A DNA stretch of 49,098 nt, the filler included, from Catajapyx aquilonaris (taxonomy: Eukaryota), in the NCBI GenBank assembly GCA_000934665.2. It is 2 parts of 2 records of this genome, joined end to end, with 100 filler letters (N's around TTAATTAATTAA, not from the genome) between each part and the next. Parts side by side here need not be neighbours in the genome. Positions count along the whole stretch, not along the records: positions 1 to 24,515 come from JYFJ02005498.1; positions 24,616 to 49,098 come from JYFJ02005499.1. One strand, 5' to 3'. Under the pieces are notes generated by a model. It was given only the letters and a program-made list of their open reading frames with translations, was not told the DNA's origin and did no database searches. This document shows positions 12,687-24,916 of the stretch, piece after piece (position 1 is the stretch's first letter; each line of letters begins with the position of its first letter). The translations under genes were made by a program, and so were the position numbers.

Positions 12687-13644
12687 CCCTTCCCTCCTCC
12701 CCCCCCACCTGCCACCACCTCCTCCTCCAGCCCCTCAGTGTCATTACATCTCTACGTGGTGGCTGTACTTTGCCAGTGCTTTTGCACTCACATTGGTTGC
12801 ATACTTTATTGTTCCAATTTAGAATTTTTTACACACTGTTGCCTTGGTTACGAGACTACTGGTGTCATAATTGGGTGATGATCACGTTTTGTTCATAATA
12901 TTCAAAGAGTTCCATATCTTGCTATCCTATGGTAATCTCATTCCATGTTTATCCTAGGCACGGTGGCACGGTCGAGCTACGGCCTCGGGGCAGGCCCAGG
13001 GTTCGAGCGGGTGTTACAAATGCGCTGTGTGTAAGAATAGTAGACTAATGGCGGTGGTGGTTTATAGTTTGCTCAGGCAGCCTGTCGGAATTTTTCTTGA
13101 CGTATTTTTCCTGCCATACCTTTTCCTCTACGTATACTGTGCCGTGTGCTTTTTGTCGGAATTCTCCTGTTCCGAACTGTGTTACGTTCTGTGTCATGTA
13201 GTTTTCAATCGTTTGTTTAAGGTGTGGTATAAAGGTATAAGGTGTATGAGGTGTGGTATAATGTGGTCTACATAGGTACCGTGTCATGAAGTTTTCAAAA
13301 AAAAATTGCTGGATTTTGGAGGTGTATTGTGTATTTTCTTACAATCTGACATCCGCAGTGTGTTGTTTGGACTTCATGCACATGCAATATGCTCCATGTT
13401 ACTGGTATGCCAACGTTGTATTTGTATAGCCATAATGACTTCAAAGGTTACTACTAAATCAATGAGTCACTCCTATGGAAAAGTTTTCCATAACCCGAGC
13501 AACGCCGGGTATCCTGCTAGTAAATCAGTAATTATCTACACAGGCATATTTTCTGGAGCACTAGTCAAATGCATGTAGAGAGGTTGATGCTTTATCATGC
13601 AACCCCTTTTGTAAGTGATTTATAAAATATAAAATAATTCACAG

Positions 13645-16600
13645 ATCAACTCTGGGTACACAAGAATACAAAGAAGCTAAATATTGGGAAAGTGATATCG
13701 CCGTACCAAAAGACAGGAGAGGTGCAGCCACACCTACCATGCACATCAGTGCTACGAAGGAAGGAGGAAGATCAAGCCGAAATTCATGGGGCGAGCAACA
13801 ATCTTTACATTCACATGCATCATCTTGTCAGAGTTATAGTTTCCGTGGTACATTCCAAGGTTCTGAGTCAGCATGGAATACAAAAAGTGAATACACTCGA
13901 AGCAAGACTCATTTAATACAGACAATACCTGTGCCAAGGCATGGAGTAAGCACATCGACTGGAGATGAACTTCACTCTCAACTAGGATACAGACTGGAGG
14001 AGTTGTGTGATGAAGATGCATCAAAAATCATTGTGATTCTATCCAATGAACGAAATGGCTACAAGGAGCTTCTCAAAGAGCTACAGTGCAATGATGATCG
14101 CATTTTCTTCCTAGCTGCCATCCTGGATAAGGTGTGCCGATATGAAATGCATAGAAAGAGTGTGCAAATCATTGTTGATCTCTCCCTGGACAAAGGATTT
14201 CTTGATACTCTTGAGAGTTTCACACGCAGTCTTCTAAAGGTTGAGACACAAAAAGGGTCTTTTATGCAGGGAAGGAGGGAAAAAATTAGCACCTTCTTGG
14301 CTCATGTCCATACATTCTATGAATATGTCATGCACATCATGCCGCAGACTGCATGTGAAAAATTGTCAAACAATGTCATTGCTAGTTATGTAGTAATGAT
14401 TTCAGCTCCCCAAATGATCAATGTCAATTTGCCAGATGAGTTAGTGTCAGATTGTGAAGCTCTGAAGAATATATTGGAAGGAGCAGCTCAGAGCCAGGGC
14501 AATAGAAGGCAGCTAATTGCAATACAAGAGAAGCAGCATAACCTAACGAAGCCTCCAGAAAACTTCCGAACCTTACACATTGTCCCACAACCTGAAGATT
14601 TACTGCAACCAAAGGCACAATTTTTGAGAGAAAACATTGTCCAAGGAGGATATTCTGATGTGGAGCATTACCTGGATGTTCAGTTCAGACTTTTACATGA
14701 AGATTTTTTTGGTCCTCTTAGGGAAGGCATATTAGAATACATTGAGTATTGTGCGACCCAGGAGTGCAAGAAGGGACAAGTGCCAAAGTTTGATAATGTC
14801 AGAGTGTATGAGAATGTAAGATGGAAAGAGTCGACAATGTTGAATGGTGAGATTATTCATTACATTGAATTGGATTCCAAGCTGTGCAAAAACATCAACT
14901 GGGCTGATTCAAAGAGGCTCATTTTTGGCTCTCTCCTTTGCTTTTCCAATGATACATTTGCTGAAAGTGCTGTTATTGCATCAGTAGTACAGCGAAATGT
15001 GAAGGATCTTGAAAAGGGCAAGTTGGCTGTAAAACTAGATCAGGAGATCCATTGCGAGAAACTGAAAGGAAAGTTCACTGTGATTGAACCTAAAGCATAC
15101 TTCGAGGCTTATCGCCACATTTTAAAATCAATGAAATGCATTTACGAGTGTAACTTTCCAATGAAGGAGTATATTGTGGAAGTGTCTAATGCAGTGGCTT
15201 CTCCAGCATATATTGTTCAGAAAGAAACTGAGAAATATAGAGCTACATATAATCTGAGTTGCATAGTGACTAATACTGGTTTGGATGACAAGACTGTGCT
15301 GCGGGCATGTCAAGAGGAATATATCTGGTATAAAGAAAATTACAGCGGGAAGTGGAGGCCAAGCGATATTCAGATTGACAGATTTTGGGATATCGTTGAG
15401 GATGATGAAGAGTGGTATCAGACTGATAAGCCCACAGCTGAAAGGTTTTTTGGTCCTGTGCGTCCAACACTCAGAAGTGTGGTCATTGCCTTTGGCAACA
15501 AGGAAATGTGGCCCACCCCAGAGCACATGCACCTGGACAAATCACAGCATGCAGCTCTCATGGCTTCATTGACACAGGCATTTGTATGCATTCAAGGACC
15601 TCCTGGAACTGGGAAGACCTACCTGGGATTGAAAATAGTCCAGTCATTGTTACATAATTCTCACATATGGGAAAATCTCGGGCATGAACCTATTACAGTG
15701 GTTTTCCAAACCAACCATGCCCTGGACCAGTTTTTGGAGGGAATAATTCAATACACAAACAAAGTTATTCGAGTTGGAAGCCGTTGCGCAAATGAATTGG
15801 TGGAAAAGTACAGCTTGTCCACTCTGAGGAAGAAAATGTGCCAAGACGGACTGAGGATTAATAACCCACGGAGGTGGGGTTCAGAAGTTCACAGACGCTA
15901 TCATGAGGTCAAAGCTGAATACGAAGAGAATAAGAAACTCATTGAATTGGCCAGGGGAGCATTTGGGATTATTCATGAGACTGTCTTCATGGGGAATGGA
16001 ATTCTGACTGGGGAACAAGAGATGTATGTGAAGCAGTATCCTGTTCCAGAGAATCACCAAGACAATCTAATTGTGTTTTGGCTTGGCTTGAACCTAGAGA
16101 ACTACTACAATCCAGAATGGAAAGTAGGCATGGAAGACCTTTTTGATAACAGTGGAAGTCAGAAGGTATGTACTGGAGTGGGAGGCATGATGGAAGATAA
16201 GTGGAACCAAGTGAAGATGGTGGGAGCTCACAAGAAAATGATGCTGTCAATAACTGGAACTTTGGCCTGGATGCATTCTTTGAGCACTGGAAAACTCCTC
16301 GAGAAATGCCAGCCAGTTGTAGATATTTCCGAAAAGGCATTTTTGGGCTCTCTTACGACAGTATTGATGAAGAGATTGCAAGATGCTTACAGGAATTAAA
16401 TAAGATACAGAAAACAGCAGAATATTTTTATGTTGATGATTTAACCTGTTCGCTTCATGCAAAGGTATCCATGCTGAAGGAGCAGCAAATACATCTAGAA
16501 GCAGTTCTCAAGCATATCTCCAGTATTGATTCAGAAGCTGCCAGTAAGCGTCTCCAGCTACAGGATGTGAAGGATATTTGGTGTCTTCCACTACCTGAGC

Positions 16601-17804
16601 GATTTCTCCTGTATGCATTCTGGAAGGCAAAACTGATGGCTAAGTGGGACCGAGGTCTGGATATGATACAGTTCCAGTACATGGAAGCTGCAGAAGATCG
16701 TCAGTATTTGCAGTCGACTGAAACTGCTGACCTCTTGAAAAAGGCTCGTGTAATAGGGATGACCACAACTGGAGCTGCTAAGTTGAGGAGTGTTCTGGAA
16801 AAGGTGAAATCCCCAATAGGTGTGTACCGCAGAATTTAATTATGTATTTTGCAGGCCCATTTCGATTTAATAATTTGTGTTATCATTGCAGTGATTGTGG
16901 AGGAAGCAGCAGAGGTCTCGGAATCTCATATTCTGACCTCTTTGACGAAGTCGTGCCAGCATCTAATTCTGATTGGTGAGAGCAATAATTTTTATCCCAA
17001 ATTAAGATAGCTTATGCACCCTCTCTGCTCTTCATTTCATGACAGCCCCACTATGTGAAGTGTAAAATTACTCACAAGGGAACTGTAAGTCCTGTCAATG
17101 GAGTTGCTGAATGAAACTTGGCACAATAATATAGGCAGGGAAGTTGAACAAAATGCAAACTGTTTTGGCGAAGCGCAACATGGTCAAAAGTTATGACCTC
17201 TCGATGTCAGTCCAGCAGCTTTAATACCTTATGAGCGAAGATTCAGATATCGCACTCAAAAAAAAGCGGACATTTTATTATATCACTGGAAATGGATAAT
17301 TACTCTGATTACAGCAAGCTAAATTGCTAGATCACAGCCATATTTGAAAAAACTCGCTTCTGATTTTTTTCGAAAAAAAATAAATACAAAAGTGATTTCT
17401 TGTCAAATTACATGCCCAATTGGCATCAAATCCAGCTTATAGCCTTGGAAAATTCAGAATGTCAAGTTCCCTAATTTGTCGTTACAAGCCGGAAGCATAA
17501 ACCACTTGCAGATGAAGTGAAGCATCGTACATTAGCACATATATACAGTGAAAACAGGGGCGCCACAGTGGCGGAGTGGTTAGTGCCACAGCCTTCCACC
17601 TCTAAGGTCACGAGTTCGATCCCCGGGTCGGACAGAGGATACTTATGTGGATAGAGTTTCGATGGGTTCTCTCCTTGTTCGCGTGGGTTTTCTCGGGGTT
17701 CTCCCGTTTCCTCCAGCAATCAAAATCCATCACAGCGCAGGCAATGATTAAAGACGGAAAGATGATCCCTAAAGAGGCCCAAGGAGACCTATCACAGGGT
17801 ATCA

Positions 17805-17836
<32 letters not shown>

Positions 17837-17858
17837 ATGATGATGATATGATGATGAT

Positions 17859-17903
<45 letters not shown>

Positions 17904-17945
17904 ACTTTTTCTTTTTTCTATTACCCCGTGATAACCTGATTAGAG

Positions 17946-17996
<51 letters not shown>

Positions 17997-20900
17997 GTTA
18001 TTATTATTATTATATACAGTGAAACCTGCTCATAACAGACCCTGGGTATAGCGGTAAAATACATTGCATTATTTAAAAAATGCGATGTATTTTTTGACAG
18101 ATATAACAGAACCTGCCCAACGTGGAAATGGAAGGGATTTTTATCTCCCTTCAAAGTAAATACCTGTTCATAACGGAAATCAAAAGGCTCACATTATCTC
18201 GTAAGGGTCACAATAATAGAAACTACAGCTGAGTTCCCTATCAGCCCTCCCTGGAGGCCTCTGAGAAACCCTTTTTGGACCACCCGTGTGTCTCATAATA
18301 ATTGCTGGAATAGTTCCTACCGGTCGGGTCAAGAAGATGTTACTCATGTGATTCGTAGGTGCCTTTTAGTCACCTTTTAGTTCATGGTTCAGTCCAGTTT
18401 TAAAATGTCGTGGAAGAGGAAGGGGTTGACACGGGTTCAACATATTGTCTGAGTCTGGGCTGATGGTCCTATGGAGCAGGCAAAATTATGATTTTGCACC
18501 ATATTGAGGTAAGGTGCTTATTTTTGCTCTCCCCATTTTCCTCTCATTCTCGGGGGCTAAAAAAATTAGTAACGTCCTTGAACTGGTTATAGCAGAAACC
18601 TGTCCATAACGGAAAATTTTTGGGGTCCCGTGCGATTCCGCTATACACAGATTTCACTGTATAACTGTTTGTGGATTTGATGCCAATCGGGCATGTAATT
18701 TGAATTTTTTAAAATGGTATTTTATTTTCTTTGAAAAAATTCAGAAGTGACTTGTCCAAATGTGGCTGCGATCTAGCAATTTAGTCAATAATCAGAGGAA
18801 TAATTGTCACTTTCCAGTGTTGTAATAAAATGTCTGCTTTTTTTAGTGTGATATCTTAAATTTCCCTCGTAAGGTAAGCTGTCCTGGCTGAAATCGAGAG
18901 GTCATCACTTTTGACCTTGTCGCACTGCGCTTCACCAAAATGATTTCCATTTTGTTTAATAACTTACCTGCCTATATTATTGTGGCAAATTTCATTGAGC
19001 AACTCCATTGAAAGCACTTACAGTTCCCTTGTCAGATCCAAGCAGGCCATATGAGATACAGTCCTTGCTTTAACCCCAGCATGTTGTGCTGAGTGCCACA
19101 CAGATCATGGGATCACATTATTTTTGTGTGTTGGAGACACAACTGACCTGCCAATCTGAACTAACCCCATCTCTTTCACCCTGGTTTTGTCCCAGCATCT
19201 GTCCAGATGTGATCACACTGACCTGGCATTTACATCATGATCTTTGTGACTGCAATTCTGACATGTTTCAAGGGGGTGTGCAGGAAATTCTATGGTGTAG
19301 AGTTCAAGTTGCAGTGTTTTAATTTTGGTACACTTTTTTTTCTTCCATGGCATTCCCCGTTCCTGCACCTGACATAGTGCAACATCTGGTTGATATTGAC
19401 ACAATTCATGCTTTTTATTTAATACCCCTTACAATGAAAGCTACAGATACAGTTCGCCCCCACAGTTACCCTGTAGTGATAACATTGTGTAGGTGTTAAT
19501 TTGACCTTGGCATATGCAGGTGATCACAAGCAACTTCGTCCATCAACCAATGTGCATAGGCTGGCGAAAGAGTTTCATTTGGATGTGTCCTTGTTTGAGC
19601 GAATGGTGAATAACGGGATACACTGTGAGACACTGGAAGTGCAGCACCGAATGCGACCTGAAATTGCCAGTTTGGTAGTTCCTACCATTTACCCAGTTCT
19701 TCTCAATGACAAGTCAGTCACAGAGTACCCACCAGTACGTGGAAGAGTCTCTTCTTCATAACACATGAAGAAAAGTAAATTGTGGTTCGTAAATTATTAT
19801 TATCCCCATCAGTTGGAAAAAACAAAAAGCTTACAGTAGGTGCAACAGAAAGAAGATTGTTGTACAACTGTTAACATCATTCTCCTGCAGTATCACTTGA
19901 TTTATTTATGCCACTTGCTGCAAGCATAACTGCATGGCTAATTAAGCAACTTTACAAGGGAAAAATAAGTGGTGCATACCTGGACACAATTTTTCCTTGC
20001 CTATTGGTCACTTCCAGGTAGTGAGCAACATTTTTCTTTCTTGTGTACCTACTATATGTACATGTATGTATTTTTGGCCAAATTTGGGATTTGATTCCAA
20101 TTTTTTATACTCCCTTTGATTATTCTTTGCCAGGGAAGCATTTTTTTGTTATGCTCACAAAAAGGGCATGTAGGGTGCCAGCAGAGCATGTGTCAGATCT
20201 GTTCCGGTTTATGGAGATGGCTTTCAGTGTTGTCCTTGTTTCTTTTATAAACTGCCACTCCTGCATCAGTGGATTTAATACGATTTTTCTCATAGGCCTT
20301 GTTTTTATAACTCAATATTGTAATACAATATCATCAGGATGGGCACCTAATGACTGCATGGACAAATATTTGAAATTAACAGTTGTTGCTTAATCAAATA
20401 GTACAGTAGAAGTATAGAGTGACCATGACTGAAACATTATACAGAGTGAGCGTGCAGTTGTAATAAGTTTTTCGTGCTATGCTTCATGCTAGGTAGCAGT
20501 TATTTTGTCTGAACTCAACAATAATTAATGTTATATAAAATCGTGTTGGCAGGAATTGTGGAGTACTTACAATTAATTTTATACTCATCATAAAGGTGGA
20601 AGAAACATTAAGCAAGTCAAACTTGCATGAGGTTGAGTTTCTTCTGGAGTTGTGTCGCTACCTGATTCTGCAAGGTTACACCGAGGATCGCATTACTATC
20701 CTGACTACATACACAGGACAACTTGCTTTATTTAATGAGGTAGAGTATATTCTTTGCTATTAACGGTGTAGTACTGTACTTGAATTGCACACAAAAATGT
20801 ATGGACTACATTCATAACTAACAAGTAAACCCCAAGTTAAAATTGAGTTTTTTCTTCCCAGGTGAGGAGCAACTATAAGGTCTGTATGAATGTACGCATA

Positions 20901-23900
20901 ACTGTGGTGGACAACTTCCAAGGCGAAGAAACGACATTATACTACTCTCTTTGGTGCGAAGTAATGAAGAGGAAAATATTGGCTACCTGAAGACTGATAA
21001 TCGCATATGTGTAGCTTTGACTAGAGCTAGGCAAGGCATGTATATCATGGGCAACATGAAGTCGCTGGCGGGGCAGAGTAATGTGTGGAAGAAAGTTAAG
21101 GAAACTCTCACTGGACAGGGTGCCATAGACACTCACGTTGCTTTACATTGCCCAATACACAACATCGACACCCTTGTTGCAACCAAAAAGGATTTTGGCA
21201 AAGTCCGTGAAGGAGGTTGTAATACCCTCTGTGATGTTACTATGAGCTGTGGCCATAAATGCAAAAGCTTGTGTCACTCTTGGGACAAGGAGCACAAGGA
21301 ACATAGGTGCATGGAGTCATGCCCAGAGCTCCTCTGTGGAGAAGGTCACAAATGTCCAATGAAATGCTGGGAAACTTGTAGGCCTTGCACAGTTCCCAGT
21401 CATCAAGTGCTGCCGTGTGGCCACAGGAAAATCCTGCCTTGTCATGTACCAGTTACAAAGTATGCATGCAATGTTGCAGTTGAAAAGAAAAAGCCACAGT
21501 GTGACCACAACTTGGAAATGGCTTGCCATCAAGACCCAGCCACATTCACGTGCTCTGAAGAATGCAATAAAATGTTGCAGTGTGGACATCAGTGTCGGTT
21601 GACATGCCATGTGGATGAGGATCCTGACCACTTGGATTATGAGTATGTCATGTTATTAGTAGGATAGTGCAATACAGTGAGTAATAAATATGCTTTTCTC
21701 CAAAGATGCCAGAGACCATGTCTGAAGAAATCAGTTGCTTGTTCTGAGGATCACAAGTGTCCCAAGTTATGTTATGAAGAGTGTGGCAGTAAATGTCATG
21801 TGATGGTACAGAAATGCCTACCATCCTGCAGTCACATATACAAGACACAATGCCATGTGGATGCAGCTACCATTGTATGCAAGAAAAGATGTGAGCGTGT
21901 TTTATCCTGTGGTCACCCATGTCACCAGCTTTGCTCAGATCCTTGCAAATGCCAAGTAAGGTATTTCCTTTCACTGTCAACATACATCAGCTAATATGTA
22001 CAATATTTTATTACAGGTGAAAGTTGATAAATTTGTTCCTGATTGTGGACATGTGGTACGTTTGCAATGCTGTGAGGATCCTCAGAAGAAACATTGCAGA
22101 AGCAAATGTGAACGTTTCATGGCTTGTGGTCATGCATGTGACAAGCGATGTTTTGAACCTTGTAGTGGCCATTGCAAGGAGCTGGTTTGCAATGGAGAAT
22201 TGCCTTGTGGTCACGAAATGATGATTCTTTGCCATGAGCGTGAATCAGAAGGTAATGCATGCATGAACTACAGTATAACCTCATAACTATAACTCTCCCG
22301 CATACGATAACACTAGCCCTCTTATAATGCTACTGTTGGCAGTCCCTTGAAGAGCATTATGTCAAGGTTTTACTGTACAGTATATGGATTGACTGGTCAT
22401 ACATGTGTGGCTGTGATTATGACTTATTAATACCATACTTTAAATTTAAATATAGTAATGCCAAGGAAAATCACAATGCTTCTCACAAGATGCCAGCACC
22501 CTTGTGGTGCAATCTTGGCTTGTGGGCATCAGTGCCACGGAACATGTGGAGGCTGCAAGCAAGGAAAGATCCACGAGCCTTGCAAGGAAAGCTGTGAGCG
22601 GACTCTTGTCTGTGGTCACATGTATGTGAATATATTGGCATCTCTAATATGCAACGTGGGGCTAATATAACCTTATTATGACATTTTTCTTTGTATAGTT
22701 GTGTTGCCCCATGTTCAAAAAGTTGCCCACCATGCATGAAGGAGTGCAGCTATGTGTGTTTGCATGGCAACACATGCCGGATGTCATGTGGTCAACCCTG
22801 TTCACCATGTCAGGTGCATACTTTTGATTGATTGATTACTTTACGTACATAATAAGATGTGTGGGATAAAGGGGTTTAACAAAATCTAAGGCAGTGGGAT
22901 GGATAAAATACACAGTAGATATGCTACACCCCAAACAGGCACCAGTCTCATGTTTTTTTGTGGAGAGGTTTTTAAACTTTCATTTGGTCTAAACTTTGGA
23001 TTCTAAAGTACTCAATGGGTGATTTTTTTCCTCAGAGTTTTGCAGACTTGTGCTAAAAAAAATCGGTCCTCCCATTCATGCAAAATTCATTTTAAGCTGA
23101 GACTCGACAATAAAATAATGGTGTAAATGAACTTCATTGTGAATGGGCATAAGTCTCAAAACTAATATATGATTCAAGATTGTGTATGATTCCTTACTCA
23201 TCTGTCACCTGCATAGTTTATTTTCCCGATGCACTGACCCCCACATTATGGAAAAGTCTCAATTCAGTGAGGCTAAGGCCTTGAAGGCGAATTTAGGTTG
23301 TATGTGAAACTACCTGAACTTGCATGGTGGTGACAATATCACCAGTTTTCTGCTTAACTAATGAAGCTTACATTAGGCGACATGTGGTACCATGAAACTA
23401 GAGGTTTACCAATCTTTCCCGTAGATGTCAGGGAATTTATAACTATCAACAACATTTACAGGAAATATGCAAATGGAATTGTCAGCACAAGTGTTGCACA
23501 AAGAAGTGCTGGCAAATATGCAACCGAGAGCCTTGCAATGAGCCTTGCCACAATGCAATGAACGAGTGCAACCATCCTTGCCCTGGATTCTGTGGAGAGC
23601 CCTGCCCTCCTTTTTGCTATAAATGTAAACCCGAAAAGTTTGCCGATGCTTTGCTCTTGGAAGGTGGCAATAAGTCTCCCAGTGGCAGATTTGTATATCT
23701 GCCTGAGTGCAATCACATGATTGAGGCTGAGGTGATGGATCAATGGATGGAAAGGGCCAGTGATGAAGTTGGAGTTAAAAACTGCTGCCCGCTCTGCAAG
23801 ACTCTGATTACCCAATGCCCACGTTACAACAACATCATTAAGGGCAACTACAAGGATGTATGCCTGGTAATGCAGAAGTTAATTAGTACACAGGAAATGC

Positions 23901-23939
23901 TGAAGAAAAGGGAAAATTCAATTGTGGATACTTTGCACA
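13645..23939 (+). CDS. ZNFX1: NFX1-type zinc finger-containing protein 1-like (Upf1-like SF1 RNA helicase, NF-X1 zinc-finger array, RING-like region); 5' and 3' ends not resolved; frame disrupted
   Basis: Exons 13645-16819, 16892-16975, 19520-~19784, 20596-20739, 20862-21642, 21706-21955, 22017-22251, 22456-22621, 22699-22813, 23462-23939. Motifs [114 protein letters not shown], repeated CGHxC..CH units, [18 protein letters not shown]. Confidence 0.93.
17557..18010 (+). mobile_element. tRNA-derived SINE with V-domain-like core and (GAT)n/(TAT)n tails
   Basis: A box TGGCGGAGTGG, B box GAGTTCGATCC, core TGTGGATAGAGTTT..GTTCTCTCC..GCGTGGGTTTTCTCGGGGTTCTCCCGTTTCCTCC. Flanked by duplicated TATATACAGTGAAA (17540-17553, 18011-18024). 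Confidence 0.7.
18017..18659. mobile_element. pogo/Tigger-like MITE
   Basis: TA-CAGTGAAACCTG ... CAGATTTCACTG-TA. Confidence 0.8.
22271..22375. mobile_element. Small Tigger-like MITE in a ZNFX1 intron
   Basis: TA-CAGTATAACCT ... AGGTTTTACTG-TA. Confidence 0.65.
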
Positions 23940-24515
23940 GTAAGTGTTGCTAATCCATCAGTCCAGACACACTTCTCTCAAGCTATGTTGATTATACAGG
24001 GTGTTCCAAGTTTATTAGTACTTTAAGTTAACTTATAGGAAGTTTTGCTCGAAGCTGTAATTTCTTCGTAGCTTGTTGCACACCTAATCAGGTGCCATAT
24101 TCTGCAGTACGTTCGACCACGTGTGGGTAATGGGGCACCTGGGTATGGGCGCAACAAGCTACATAAAAATAACTACTACGGGCAATATTAGTGAGAGCTA
24201 AAAATGACCCACAAACTTGGAACACCATGTATTTTGATGTGTATTTTATGTATGGCTGCTGGCCTATACTCATGTGGAAATTTTATAATGTAGGTGTAAG
24301 GAAGACAAAGGCTTTTGCCTACTTCAGACAGATAATAACCAGGAGGGTCCAAGTCACACTTGGGTCAGTTGGAAAGAGGAATCAATATGGCCGTCATGTT
24401 GAGGCAAACTTGTTGGAAATTAAGGTGGAAATGAAGCTAGAGTCACTCAATGAGAATTTTATGAAAAAAACATATGTTACGCAGTTTTGTGTCCTCTTAT
24501 CAATGGTGCAAAGAA

Positions 24516-24615
24516 NNNNNNNNNNNNNNNNNNNNNNNNNNNNNNNNNNNNNNNNNNNNTTAATTAATTAANNNNNNNNNNNNNNNNNNNNNNNNNNNNN
24601 NNNNNNNNNNNNNNN
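24516..24615. other. Assembly gap with artificial six-frame-stop linker
   Basis: Exactly 44 N + TTAATTAATTAA + 44 N = 100 bp. Confidence 0.95.
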
Positions 24616-24916
24616 GCATGCACATTTTGTCAACACTAACCTACCACACAAACCAACATACCCCACAGCTCAGATGTGCCACCGGATTAATTATTTGGAC
24701 ATATTGCGCAGTTGCTGTTATTAATGGCACGTCGCCATATTTTCCCATTGACATGCAGTTTGGTGCAGACGGAAACTGTTGTGTGTGTTTCCCCATGATG
24801 ATTCCCTCACTCGTCTTGTGACACTAATATGTCAAGGGATGCATGGAGAGGTTTTTAGTTATAGTTAGCAAAGTTTGGATAAGGGTCATAAATCTGCACC
24901 ACCACATTACTTAATA

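Larger units (their letters stand above)
17071..19035. mobile_element. Foldback-type non-autonomous DNA transposon in a ZNFX1 intron (outer element of a nest)
   Basis: ACAAGGGAACTGTAAGT / ACTTACAGTTCCCTTGT termini; ~360-bp diverged inverted arms (17071-~17430 vs ~18670-19035); TSD not clean. Confidence 0.8.
16198..20931 (+). pseudogene. ZNFX1: Segment of the ZNFX1-like gene with disabling lesions (recent pseudogene or assembly errors)
   Basis: Frame switch between 16201 and 16399. Frameshift at ~19742 (conserved KSLFFITH is out of frame), followed by TAA at 19776. One A missing at ~20930 ([15 protein letters not shown] is out of frame). Confidence 0.6.

Noticed and set aside
12443..12878. 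ORFs with RERE / SLSL runs
   Set aside because: Translations of the (CT)n microsatellite.
12958..13010. Possible upstream ZNFX1 exon (CCTAG|GCACGG...GCGG|GTGTTA)
   Set aside because: Phase-compatible, but the donor is weak and there is no recognisable homology; cannot be supported.
16166..16392. Intron that would repair the first ZNFX1 frameshift
   Set aside because: Strong donor but weak acceptor, and the enclosed sequence is purine-rich and reads as natural protein in the shifted frame; kept only as an alternative.
24191..24571. ORF running into the gap as the ZNFX1 C-terminus
   Set aside because: Part (IITRRVQ...LLEIK) may be an exon, but splice phase and homology could not be confirmed and the ORF end is the artificial linker.
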